NCBI GenBank assembly: GCA_021432655.1
Contig: MU271182.1
Coordinates: forward strand, 62,001 to 126,000
Source of the DNA: Atractiella rhizophila
Lineage: Eukaryota
Direction: 5' to 3'
DNA length: 64,000 nucleotides
Below are positions 51,901-64,000 of the stretch, one piece after another (position 1 is the first letter of the stretch; every line of letters begins with the position of its first letter). The notes under the pieces are model-generated. The model did no database searches and was not told the origin of the DNA. It saw nothing but the letters and a program-made list of their open reading frames with translations. Made by a program: the position numbers and the translations under genes.

Positions 51901-54900
51901 TCACAACCACAATTCGGTGTTCTCAGTAGCTGGGTGGGATTGTAGAGTTCAGGAAAAGGTGAAGGAAGTGTACCGTGATGGCTTCATTGTTGTCGAGTCA
52001 AATTCTAGTCTATTTTCTCACTTCTCAATCTAGTGCTAGTAAATATCTGCTGAGCTGATGTCATCTCTTGAGATTACTCGAAATCAATGCATTTCAAAGC
52101 ACCCGACAACAAAGAAAGCGAGTACGTAACGCGACGCCCTCATTCACTGGAGGACACTGGAGGCTTTGAGCCAGCAAATAGAGCCACTGGAGTTCCTGCC
52201 ACATGGCACAGAACTCTAGCAGTCCTCTATGCTCCAGAGTGATCTGGTGGCTCCCACGGTTATCGCTCCTCCAGAGGTAAGCTCTCCCTCTTGGTGTAGG
52301 CGCCGTTTTGCTGCTGTGTATGTTCCTTCTCGCCTTCCTTCGGCTCTTCCAGCACCGTCACCATCACCTTGACCTCGTCAAACCCATGTCGGACATGGAA
52401 GATCATGGACCTGAATGAGTCTGCGTCTCAATTTAATTTTTCACGTCACGATGTCGTGTCATATGACATCAAAGAGATCAAAGAGTCACGGAGTGTTCAA
52501 GTTGCTTGAATTTCACTCACATTAACCCTTCTCCCCTCTTCGCCCCAGTGCTTCACTTTGGCTCTCTGTCTCGAAAACTTGACCCAACCTGATCAGGATT
52601 AGGGTATTATGATGTTCGAAAATCCACAGCCTTTCTTAACCGAAGACTCGTTCGCCGCTCCTCTCCTTCTCGCGCGACTCTCCCTCTCGCGCGACTATAA
52701 AGTTTTAGTTGAAACATGAGTCATTTGAACTTCACTGCATAAAAAAAAGAAGTAGTCTTAGTCTTTTGTTGCAACAACATGCAAGTTATTCAGTTCTTTG
52801 TTTCTTTTGGTGGTGCACGCTGGGCGATTCTACAATGTCCACTATGATGTGGGACCACCAAGGCAACTTTCCTACTGTTTTTCAATAAACAGTGAAAGCT
52901 GCAGAGCTGAATGGTTGACTATACTGTTAGGAACATGCTGAGAGATGATCAGTGATTGAGTACTCATAACAATTCTTTATAAACTACATTATCTGTTTGC
53001 CTGTTTCTTCTCCTGGATCAAAATCCTAAATCCACGTTCGGTCACAATTCAGAACAAAATCCTGAACCCTAATTCTTATTACAAACCACGTTACACTGAA
53101 ACCGTCCATCCCTTGGATCCGCCGAGACACAATCAATCCTAATCACTTCTCCTCCCTCCGATTTTACGGACGTTCCTCTATCGCGACATGACCAACTTCC
53201 ACTTTCCCGCTTGAGACCTGATAAGCGGCTGCGACAGCGGGAGCTACAGAGGGACGACAACTACGGCCACGACGTTAGGCAGGCAGATGGAGGGCTGATT
53301 AGGAAGGGGCGGAGGGCCGGTGGAGAAAGAAGTGTAGGCGTCGTGTAGCGACAGGGACTTACTCGAGTGCATACGAGATGTTTTAGCAAGAAACACTCGA
53401 CTGACGACGGGTGCACAAGCGCAGCATTTGTAGGGGGCTGATTTCAGTCACTGAAGTAAGAATGAGATTGCACCAACCCAACACCAGTCATAATCATATT
53501 CTATTCCCACAAAAGCACTCGGAGACACTGAACAGGGGCGAGAAGCACACACTGTCGACTGCCTCGTTATGTGCATGAGAATGAGCATGATAATGGATAG
53601 GGGATCCGTTGAGGGAACAAAGCGAGATGCAACGCTTGAACGCCGAAAGAAACGTCCCCCCCAAACAACAAAAGAATAGCCATTTGAAGAAAGACGAATG
53701 GAATACGTACTCCTCTTCCTCTCTACACATCCCTTCAGCTATTTGTATTGCCATTCCCAATCCGGTCACGCAACCGCTCGTTCCTCCACTTCCACACTTC
53801 CATTCCCCACGCCAGTCCCCACTCGAAGATCCACACTTCTCCGCCTCTCACTCGAAGAGAGCAAGGGGACTTCATATCTACGCTCAAACGACGGGGGTGC
53901 GAGGTTAAGGGTGGGGAAGGGGAGGAAGCGACGGAGAGGGACTGAAGGTTGAAGCCTTTGAATCCCAGTCCCGGTCCCTTCGGTGGAGAACTTTGCGGTT
54001 CAGTCGTTCTGACTGCGGTTGCCTGCGATGATGGAAATGAAGCGCGAGCGTCAAGAAACGAAGGATTGACAATGATCGGCGTTTCATGGGTCTCTTCGAC
54101 TTCCCACTTCCATCTTCCAATTCTCGAACGACTCATTCACAGTCCCTTATTCCCACGCCCCTTCAGAAACGAATTGATACTCAGCCTCTTTCTCGCTGCC
54201 GCCGCTGGTTCTTCTTCCGCAACCCCCTTCCTTCGACCTTCGATCCCCACATATGCGTGCCCACCCAGATCCTACGTTTCGCGTAGATGTCTGCAAGAGT
54301 GCATCTCCTAACTTAATTCAAGTGAGCCAACCATTTTCGATATCGCCGATCAATATGTTGGCGCCGAGTTGATTAACTAGGGGAAGGGGAGAGACCAGAG
54401 CAGTCCAAATGAAGGGTGACGCTCGAAAGAAAGTCAGTTATGTTTGGCTGCGGGCGGTGCGAAAGAAGGAGAGGGTAGGATGAATTTCGCTTGAAAGGCG
54501 AAGAAGGTTGCTTGGCTTGAAGTTGTGGGAAGCGATGAGAAGCGATGAGAAGTCGGAGAGGATGCGGTGGGCTAGGGGGCGGGAAACGGCGTGCTGCCAG
54601 TGAGAGGACATCCCTTTCCCGTCAAACTACAAGCCTCGAACGGAAGGGGTGAATAGAAAAAAGAAATGCGAGCGTGTCGTGACTCCCCCCGCAAAAACAT
54701 GACTCCCATACGGAAGCAAAACATTTATCCGATTGGGAGTCATGGCGAGTCATCACTCCGCCTTCACTTTTCTTTCACCACAAGGAAAACAAGAACATCC
54801 GTTGTTAAACTATGGGATTGACTTATGTAGAGCAAATAATATGGTAATTCTTACAGAACCTAAATTCTTTAAAGTACCCAATCTCACCCTTTGACCGCAG

Positions 54901-55999
54901 CGAGCTTGAAATGTGACGCCTCCGAGACCGCCTCCCTCCCTCTCTATCAGTAAAGGATTTATCAGCGTATTGCGAATGTCATAAGTTTAACTGGTCAAGG
55001 TGAGCTAAGTTGCAAATACCTGTTCAAAATCTGATTGACCCAGCTGGCCTGACCAAGCTGCGGCATGTTGAAGCAACGCCACTCAGTCCAGAGATATGCG
55101 CTGGCGGGAAACCCAACGAGTTTTGCGGCGTGGTAGCGAAACTTGAAGATGATCTGGCGGCGGGAGCCAGCGCGACGACATCGGAAGACGGAGGATCGAG
55201 GCGCAGGGAAAGCGGCACCGAATACAACGGCTTCCAAGGAGGAGACTCACTTTTGGCAATTTCTCCCTACGCTCGTGGGAGCGATGACGAGTCCAGACGC
55301 GCACAAGAGGAGCGTAACAACGGTGAAGAGGAGGAAAACTTTGCGAATGAGAGGGACGTCGACGAAGTGGCTCAGGGTGAAGACAACCACGACATGGATG
55401 TGGACACAGCGGAACCGTTGGGGGAAGCGCCCAGCTCGGGAGATTTATTGTTGTTGTCAGAAGAGGAGTGTGAAGGTGGTTCTGACGAAGAGGAAGGGAT
55501 TTGGGGGATCCGTAGCTGTGTAGATTTGTTGGAACGAACCGGACGTGAACGATGGATCTGGCGGTGAATGGACAACTCCTTGACAGATTCCATCAATTTG
55601 GGGGTGTTGATGGAGATTATGGCCTATCACATGTGTCACAAAGACTCATATTTTTCATCCGACTCTACTCACTGGCAACTGGCATGCCTGGACGCTCATT
55701 CGTTCTCCACGTTGTAGGATGCTATCCACCCGTTTTTATGTCTTGTAGGTTTGCTTGCAGGCATTGCTCAACTAGTGATTAGTGAGCTACTTGAGCTCAG
55801 TGGAGCCGACAATGCCACACTTAGAACAGTAGTGAAGGTCAGCAACCTGCGACACTAATGAGACTTCGCTTCACGTCCACAAGTAAAATATGCCGAAGAG
55901 TTTTGTGTATAAGGAGCCAGCATGGGACTGAAGGGAGGCAGACGGGTTCAGACCTAAGGACATGACAAGGCTAGGAGGAGACTAATTTTGATATTCAGT

Positions 56000-58900
56000 G
56001 CTAGTTAGATCCCCACAAAAAGTTTAGAGTCAAAGGGGAGCACAGGAACAGACTGATTGTCACAATATGATCCTTCTGACGTTCTTGTCTTGGCGTTATG
56101 CTCTCTTTGCGCAGCTTTGAGGCGATTGAGATACTGGACGTGCAGAGGAACGTGGGCCATTCTTGCAATGACGGACTTGTCCGGGTAGGATCGGTCTCCG
56201 GTTTTCGAGGGAGATGTCGAAGTAGAAGAAAGAGTACGTTGATAAGTATTAGACAAGAATCCAGAATGAGGTTGAAATTCGAATGGTAGGATGTGAAGTG
56301 ATTCAAGCAAATGGGTTATAATGATATAGTTCATCTTATTCTATTGTGCTTGGTGTAAGGGCTCAAAGTGTACCTTATGACTCATACCAAGCAACCCAAT
56401 GCTCTCAGAGGAAAGGAAAGCTTCTAAAGGAAAGCTATAATCATCGGAGCTACCTGAACAGGACACGTGTTTTGTTATTTGATGAATTGCTGGACTACCT
56501 GAGAGGAATCGTGAAATGTATAACGCCAACGCTGGCCAATCGATGGTTGACGACAACACAGACCATGGCGCTCCGCGTCGTGGAGTACGCCCTGCCCTGG
56601 CAGAAGCGCTGCGATGTTGAAGTGAGACTGTGAACTGGAGTGCGCAAGTGCGCAGGAAAGGAGCCATGTGAAATACCAATGACAGCAGTCGCCTGGCCCG
56701 ACGCACATTAGTAGGTGTGCAAGAAGCAGGTAAAAATAACTGACATGATCAAGCTTGATGGAGAGCTAGAACATCGCGAGACAGCGTAAATCTTGAAAGG
56801 GGGGGACAGTTGGTGCCATCGACTTCTGAGTGTCGGGACAGTAAAAGGAAGATGCATGATGAAGAGTCTCTCAATCTGAGGACGCGCTTGCAAGACTGCT
56901 TGCGCCAATTCCTGATCGCGAACAAGAAGTTGAAGAATGTCGTTCACGAGTCTATTGACGAGAGTAAGATTGGGAACTGTCGGGTCTTCAAAAACAGGAT
57001 TTTTCAATATGGACGTAATTAAAGAGGAGGAGTCGATGAGACTCCGAACGCTGACGCTTGTTGCTGTGGGGGTAGAGGTTGGACCAAGTTGGAGTGTTGT
57101 AGCCGAGGGGATTGGACTCGGAAGCGGAGGGTTTGATGAAGATGTCGAGGTGGTAGACAAGAACGAGGTTGCCTGTCGTTTGTTGCTCACGATCCGATTG
57201 GCCATGTTGTCGACCAGTTCCAAGGTGCCTTTGTGCCTGCTGCAGAACATAATCAGGATATGGTCATCTGCAAAGCGAAGTAGAGGCATGCAGGTAGAAA
57301 GAATCATACCGACTCCCTGGCCGACCCCCTCTTTCAGACGGCTTTGGGACCACAGTGGCCTTAGCCCAGTCAACATTTGCTACCTTCCCATCCTAATGAC
57401 AATGAACGGTATGCGTCTAAAAGGAAGCCAACTACCCACAATAAGTAGACCGCCAAGATTGTGAAAATGGTCTATTGCGGCTTCCGCTGTGTGCTGCTCT
57501 CGAACGGTGACGAAGAAATAACAACTCGTCGCTACCTTCCATCGGATCCATTCGATATACTTCGATCAAACTTGCACCACCAATCTCAGTGAGACGTTCT
57601 AATATGGCAGGACGTACGAGCCAAACGACGAAAAGATTTCCCGTACCGTCTCCCAGGTTGTGTTCTATGCGTTTGTCATGTTTCAGCATAAACGGGAATG
57701 CACCTAGCGAAGGCTGATAAACAACGTACAACATGAGTTCTGCCTACATAAACTTTGGATCCTCGAGGAGCGTTCATGATCAACGTGGAAGTTCTGACGG
57801 GTATCATACTAGTCCTAATATACAGGTGAGAGCGGTAGGAAAAAACTTGGAGTATGTACCAATGACTCATTTAATGTGGCTGATCATATCTCAGTGGTCT
57901 CTGATTGATGAACGACGTAGACAGTTCAGACTCACCTTGCTTCGCGAATGGAAGTTAATTCCAACAGTCCGCTCTGTAATGTTGATCGGTGTCTCTCTTA
58001 GCAAGAGGATGAGCCAAGCAGTAAATGGAAGGCTAACGAGAGAATAGCGAGTATTGGAACTAGTATTCGAAAGGTGAAGATGAGCAGATCTGGGTATATG
58101 CAGAAATGTGACCAGCCGAGAAGACTTGGGGGCGAAGTGTGTAGGTATTATGTTCTCTATGGAGACCATGTAACAGGAAAGATGAAGACAGTAGGCTTTT
58201 ATAGCTGCTTTTGACAGGTACCAGGTACAAGACAGAGCTGGACAAAGAGCTCTACTCCAAGCTTCTGGTCGGAGGTAAGTCCCTAGCAGTGTGAGCGGCA
58301 CATAACCAGCACTGGCGTAAAGGTTTACTGGAAGATGCAAGCAGTAGTGTCAATTGTTTGGGATTGATCGAGGGATTACACAAATCCTAAATCTGAGCCA
58401 GACCATGAACTTCGCTCGACCCAGAACTAGAGGTTGAGCAGGTCAAGAGTTGGATTCTGCCGGCAGGAGTTCTGGGATAGACATAAACACTTTCTGGAGC
58501 ACCAGAAATGGTGGCAGCGTCTTTGAGGATTTTATGAGCAAAGGATAGGTAGGAAGGAGGAGGTGCATACGTGACTGGGTGCAATCCTTTTTATGTTGAG
58601 ATGGCAGGAGAGGGTACTGAGACGAAAAGACAAGGTTGGCTGCTTAAAAGAGGGGGATTGGAGATGTAACTGCTGGGATGAAGGGATGTTGTTTGGAGTG
58701 AACGGGGAAGACGAACGAGAGGAATGTTGGTGGGGTGGGCTAAATCGGTAGGTAAGAAATTGTGGCAAGGATTGTGTCTGTCGGGGGTCTGCAGGGTAAG
58801 GACGGTTGATGTGAAACGGGGTTTGTGGATGGTGTAGGGTTGGTAAAAAGATCGAGGATCGGATTTTGATAGAGATGGATTGTGCAGGGATGGTAATAAG

Positions 58901-59634
58901 GTTGAGGATAAAGACGGGCGAGGAATGTTTGTCCTTCCAATTCTATCCACCAGAGGAGGAGCTGTGGAGTAAAGAACTGGAGTAAGTTCCAGCCTGCGAA
59001 GAGCAGGATGGACTTGAGGATAAAGTGGAGGATTCCTTCTCTGTTCCATCGCTGGAGCCTTCATGGGGAAGAAACCCTGCTCAGTTTCCTGTTTAACACC
59101 ATAGAAGAACTCCGAAGAAACAGGTCTAGGAGGCGGACGGTAGGCAGGGAATGGTCTGGGTCGATACTCTGGGCTGCCTTGAGGCTGGTACGTCGAATTC
59201 TTAGGGTATTCGAAGCGAGATGGAAAGTTCTGCGGCATTCCCGGAACTCGCTGTTGAAATTCCTGCGAGAAGACATCAGGCAAAGGTGTAGATGGCGTCC
59301 CAGACGAGGAGCACGGAGGCGAAATGGTGTGTCCAGATTCATTGGACCCCAAAGGAGAATGTTGAAACCGTTGATGCTCATAGGGAGGATAAGGTTGAGC
59401 TGGGGCTGCACCGAGGTCGTTAGGTCCCCGAAGGGGAGGCGAAGTAACTACGACAGAGGATGAGGTGAAGTGAGGACTTGGACTTGGCCCATCCTCTTCA
59501 TGGGCGAAAGACGACTCTGGAAGATTATCATGATGCGTCTTCACCCGTCGTCGTTGACCAAACATTGGCACGTGCTTGCTCTTCAAATGCTTCGTCAATG
59601 TACCCAAGGATCGCACCTTGGCTCCAACAGTCAA
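56000..59634 (-). other. Unknown multi-exon coding region(s), Pro/Ser-rich 5' exon with half zinc-finger-like motif
   Basis: 347-aa ORF 58591-59634 starting ..GTLTKHLKSKH, followed by same-strand ORF pieces 58387-58584, 57891-58340, 57432-57734 and 56708-57376. No family recognised. Confidence 0.4.
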
Positions 59635-59684
59635 CCTAGAGTAACCCTAGCTCTCTTTTTCCATCCTCTGTCGCCGAGGCTTGG

Positions 59685-59795
59685 TGATGCTGAGAGCTGT
59701 CAAGCATCGGATCTGACGGCGTGCCCAAAGTTCAAAATGAGGTAAATGAGGTTTAAAAGCACCTTGCCATCCCCAAACACTCTGTAAGACCTGCT
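59685..59795 (-). repeat. Second copy of the dispersed repeat at 37500-37620
   Basis: GATGCTGAGAGCTGT...CACCTTGCCATCCCCAAACACTCTGTAAGACCTG shared with 37500-37620. Confidence 0.65.
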
Positions 59796-60144
59796 TCGGC
59801 TTCATTTTGGTTACAATTCTACCCAACTGCTGCGGCAAATGACAATCTGTGGGCGAGGGACAATTGGACATACAGTTGGTTCAGTTCGTTAAATGTAATT
59901 TATCGAGCCAATACAGTGATTGGAAGGAAATGCGTTTGTTCTGTTCGTTTGGTTTGTTGGTTCTAATTCTGACTTTGGCACTGATTCCGATTGTCAAATG
60001 CAGCAAATGCGTTTGTTCTGTTCGTTTGGTTTGTTCTAATGGTCTCAGCTGGTTTGCGGAAAGAGCCCTATTTTGCTCCCAAAGTTTGCATAGTTATCCA
60101 GACCTGGGCTTTCCGAGGGTTTAAAAGTACGAAAGAAAAAGAAA

Positions 60145-60510
60145 CAGCAGACCCATCACCCAAGGGGTCGGAGTTGGTCGGCGATAAAACTGGTCGACCA
60201 GTTTTGACCTGCTTTTTGGCTGCAAATTTTCTCAAAATTGAAGCGCAAAACCATTTTTCGCTTGCGGCCTCCAGCCGCTTGCGCAAACCCCTGGGGGCGA
60301 CCAGTTTGCCGCAAAAAGCTCGTTAATGGATTTCATCATCATCATCATCATCATCAAATTTCATCGTCGTTTGCCGCAGCACTTCGCTAGAAGCCTAGAA
60401 CTGTGAGCCAAAATAGCAGACCCGTCGCCCCAGGGGTCGGAGACCGTCGGGGTTAAAACTGGTCGAAAACTGGTCGACCAGTTTGTGCTGCGGGGAAACT
60501 GGTCAATGTC
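60145..60510. repeat. Duplicated ~60-bp unit with palindrome AAACTGGTCGACCAGTTT, flanking a (CAT)n microsatellite
   Basis: CAGACCC..GGGGTCGGAG..AAAACTGGTCGACCAGTTT at ~60147-60205 and ~60416-60484. About 8 CAT/TCA units at ~60333-60356. Confidence 0.8.
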
Positions 60511-60786
60511 GGGCGCGCCGCGTGTCCGAGGCCACAAACACGGCCAAATCTTCCTTCGAAAGAAGAGAAGAGTTCTCAGAAGAAAGCGTGAATGGAATGA
60601 GGAAAAGAAGGAAGAAGGACGGACCCACAAACCCTAAGCAAAGGCGGAGGAAAGGACTGGTGTAGTTGTACAAGTCCTTTCCTCCTTCTTCCATCTACCC
60701 ATCCGCCACGCTTCCTTCCCCATCTTCTCATCCACCTAGCTTCCTCTGACATCCTCTATTCTCTGATCTGTGAGTGTGCTTCTGCA

Positions 60787-61440
60787 GGACAAAACACACA
60801 CCTCATATACATCAAAAAATGCAATTCCGCATTGCTTCGCCATTATCTATCGTATTTTAGACGTGAGTAGCGCAAATGGGAGGCCTAAGATGTAGCTTCA
60901 ACGACGTATAATGTATATTGGGAACGAGTGAACGTTAAAAAAAGCGGAGGACAAAATATGCACCTCATATCCATCAAAATACGCAACTCCTTATTGCTTC
61001 ACCATTATCCATCGTATTTTAGACGTGAGTAGCGCGAATGGGAGGCCTAAGATGTAGCTTCAACGACGTATAATGTATATTGGGAACGAGTGAACATTAA
61101 AAAAAGCGGAGGACGAAAACACGCACTTCATATACATCAAAAACACAATTCCTCATTGCTTCGCTATTATCCATTGTATTTTAGAAGAGCATGAGGGCGA
61201 GGAGCGATGGGCTTGGGGGGCTAGATATTACGACGTATAATGCGTAATAAGAGTGAGCAAACATCAAAAAAAGCGAAGGAAAAAATACACACCCTATATA
61301 TGTCAAACATATGATTCCATATTACTTCGCCATTATCCATCGTATCTCAGGCGTGAGTACATCGAATGCGAGGCCTGAGAGCTAGCTATCACGATGTATA
61401 AAGATTATTAGCATTGAGGGGATATTAACAAAGCAGAGCA
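60787..61440. repeat. Tandem array of four ~162-bp units
   Basis: Units start at 60787, 60949, 61111 and 61278 (GGAC/GGAA..CATATACATCAAAA..CATTATCCATCGTATTTTAG..ACGACGTATAATG..AAAAAAAGCGGA). Units 1-2 are most alike. Confidence 0.92.
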
Positions 61441-61666
61441 TCAACTCACATTATATTTACATTGTCTGACTCCGCAACAGTGCATTCAGTCCTCTTGCAA
61501 CTGCAGCTGTAATTGATCAGATAAAAGCTCAAAATTTGCCTTTGCTTTAGAATAGTTGACGTGATCTTTATAAAAATTTCAAAAGTGGAGGCTAGTACAT
61601 TATTTGTCCCAGACTGAAAATCGCAAAAGATATCCATTCGCATCTGACTACTCACTAAGTGAACCA

Positions 61667-64000
61667 CTACTTTCTTTTCCCTGCTTCAATATGCAACCTT
61701 TCTTTTGTCAAAACCCAGTCCATCTTTTCCTCTACCCATGTCATTGCCATAAAAACTCGCATGTTGACCATCTCCACCGATTGATCAACATCTGGCACTT
61801 TCCCATCCTTGATATCCGTGAAAAACTTCTTTACCGCATTCTCGTCTATGCTCCACTTCCCCAACATATTCTTGCAAAGTGGGACATTGCGTAGGTTGGT
61901 CTTGGGCAGTGGGTACGGAACTTTGGACCAATGCATAAAGTTGTCGTCACAGACATCGGGCTTGTGGTTGTTTGTATTCTTCTCACCATACCCATCCTTT
62001 TGCTTCTTGCATCGACCACAAGTCTTTACAGCTCCAAGGTTGCCCTTCTTTGTTGGCTTCATGTATGTCACTTTCACTGGTGGAGGGAGTGTCGTTTGAA
62101 GTTTCCAGAATGGCTTGATGGCTGCTCAACACTATTAGTAAATTCCTTTTCTTATCAATAAAAGCGTTCAAACTCACAGTCTCCTCTGGCTACTCTCTGA
62201 ATACGACTAGCAACCTCCTTCTCGATTGCAAATAATCCGTTTTTGAGCACCAAACCATCGCGAATGATTTTGTCTTTCGGAACACCCTTCTCTGCATTGT
62301 AATACGCAGGGTTCAAGATAAGCTGGGGGTTATTATAGTTCTCAGCAAACAACTTCAGCTGCATCTCCGTCATTGAAGAAGTAGCTTTGAACTGGAGTCG
62401 GCAGGCTGCAAGCTTCCAGAAGGCATCAGAGTACATTTGAATTGTACTCTTCTCCTGATAATCTGCAAACGAAGTGCCTGTTGCTGAAGTAAAGGTCTGT
62501 GACGTTCGAGATTGGGAGACATTCGTAGGCAGAGGAACTGGTGGTGGTTGTGCTTCCACATCCATACTTGTGGAAGATGGGGACTGGTTCGATTTTATAA
62601 AGTTCCAAAAAGAAGGTAGCGGAGGTGGCTTGATATCTGGCTCCAAAAGTTCTCGATTTAGATGAGGGCGTTTGGAGGAGATGGCGAGCATAGTAGTGGC
62701 ATCATCCTCACTATCCAATTGGGTTGCCGTGCGCTTTTCTGGCAAGCAAGATGAACTAATCGCAGAATGTTGTAAAGGAGTGTTCTCAGGTTTCTATAAC
62801 AGCTCAATATGAATATATTCTCATGTTAAGAAGACTGGGAAAGAGAAGACTTACAGCCTTCGGAAACACCTCCATTTCAACATCAGAGTCCACAGGAAGC
62901 TCACCATTCATGACAACCGTTCCATTCATAACAGCCATAACAATCACTTCGGGGTGTTCAATATCATCTGGTTTGAGAGTCTGGAGAAGCTCCTTTCGCT
63001 TCGCTTTATAGCGATCTAGGTCAACTCCTGTAAATCTAAACTCATGAAATATCAATAAATGTACTACTCCCAGTAGCATATACAGAAAACATACTGCTTT
63101 TCACGCTTGACCAATCCAAACTCGTGCTTCGAAAAAACGTCCAGCAGTTTAGGCTGGCTTGAAGAGTATAAGATTTCTTCCAGGCGAAGATTCCAATCCA
63201 CAAGAAAGATGTGGTGGGTACCAGCCTCAATAACCTTCTTCCGAAATGCTCGTGATGGTGAGTCAGCTGGCTGAGAGCAGTTCTTAATTTTGACAAGGAG
63301 GTTTTTACGTAAGAAGATATCGGGAAGGACACTCAGAACAGTTGTAAGAGAAGAAGCCGATCCACAAAATGGCTCGCCAGCTGCATTATGCCAGTTTTCA
63401 TTATTTGATGTTGTAAACGGGAGTTGCTGATGCTTTGGAATAAGGCATCCCTTCGCAATGTGGCCTTTTTGAAGCTCGAATGTGGCACAGCACTTGTTCC
63501 AAAGATCAGGATTCTTCTTGAACTTGTCTTCAACTTTCGTAAGCCGCTCCAAGCTTTCTTCAACTGAATAATACTCAGCAACCCCACCGTGCAAGTCTGC
63601 CTTCTTCTTCAAGATTGCGTCTCGAAATGCCACAACGAAATCTGCTCGTGCCGGATTGATATGAGGAATTGTTTCAAAGACACGCATTTCGAGATGAGCT
63701 AGATCCTGACCAATCCAGAGTTCGGGCACATAGAGAAGGATACTGTTCCTATGTTGACAGCAGAGGTCAACACATGCCTGCCCGCTACCTTCAAAGTCGA
63801 CTCCAAGGAGCCGTGCACGTTGAGCAAAATCTTGAAGTGGTGGACCCATCTCGAGCGGTGAGTTTCCAACAAGAAATTCCTGGATTGTTATCATTAGGCC
63901 TTGAATTTACAGATGACGGCAACCTTATAACTTACGTATCCCACAAGTTCTCGGTCCTCATTTACCATCGTCAACAATCCTCCACCAAAAATATTTGTAA
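61667..64000 (-). mobile_element. DDE transposase-like gene of the C/DxxH group (MULE/ISL3-like), runs off the window
   Basis: CVDLCC, GQDLAHLEMR (DxxH), HIAKGCL and TTSNNENWH (T.N..E..H), plus a C-terminal CGRC..H....CD zinc-finger-like motif. GT-AG introns near 62800-62850 and 63020-63090. Confidence 0.6.

Noticed and set aside
48600..59600. TET/JBP dioxygenase gene expected near Plavaka elements
   Set aside because: No convincing HxD..H dioxygenase signature was seen in any neighbouring ORF.
60787..61440. CRISPR-like repeat-spacer array
   Set aside because: Whole 162-bp units are homologous with no unique spacers, there are no cas genes, and the context is eukaryotic.

Overview
Eukaryotic DNA, apparently from a basidiomycete fungus (short GT-AG introns, a Zn2Cys6 factor, a velvet domain, Plavaka transposase). 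The window is a densely nested transposon graveyard. Retroelements: a Tad1-like LINE, several Ty3/Gypsy fragments, a Ty1/Copia gag-protease fragment and two 206-bp solo LTRs with 5-bp target-site duplications (TSDs). DNA transposons: a full-length hAT element with an 8-bp TSD, other hAT ends, three CACTA/Tnp2-type transposase copies, and Plavaka, P-like and DxxH-type transposases. Host-type genes are a CLF1/crooked-neck pseudogene, a velvet-domain gene, a Zn2Cys6 transcription factor and a SNF2 helicase fragment. The best-supported unusual object is a 6.8-kb two-gene element (14989-21819) with a CACTA/Tnp2-type transposase but CTCTATGAAAAC termini and a 7-bp TSD. Removing it restores the CLF1 reading frame at the junction. 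Second is a spliced velvet-domain gene just inside a hAT-like transposon end. All calls are by eye from motifs; no database search was run.
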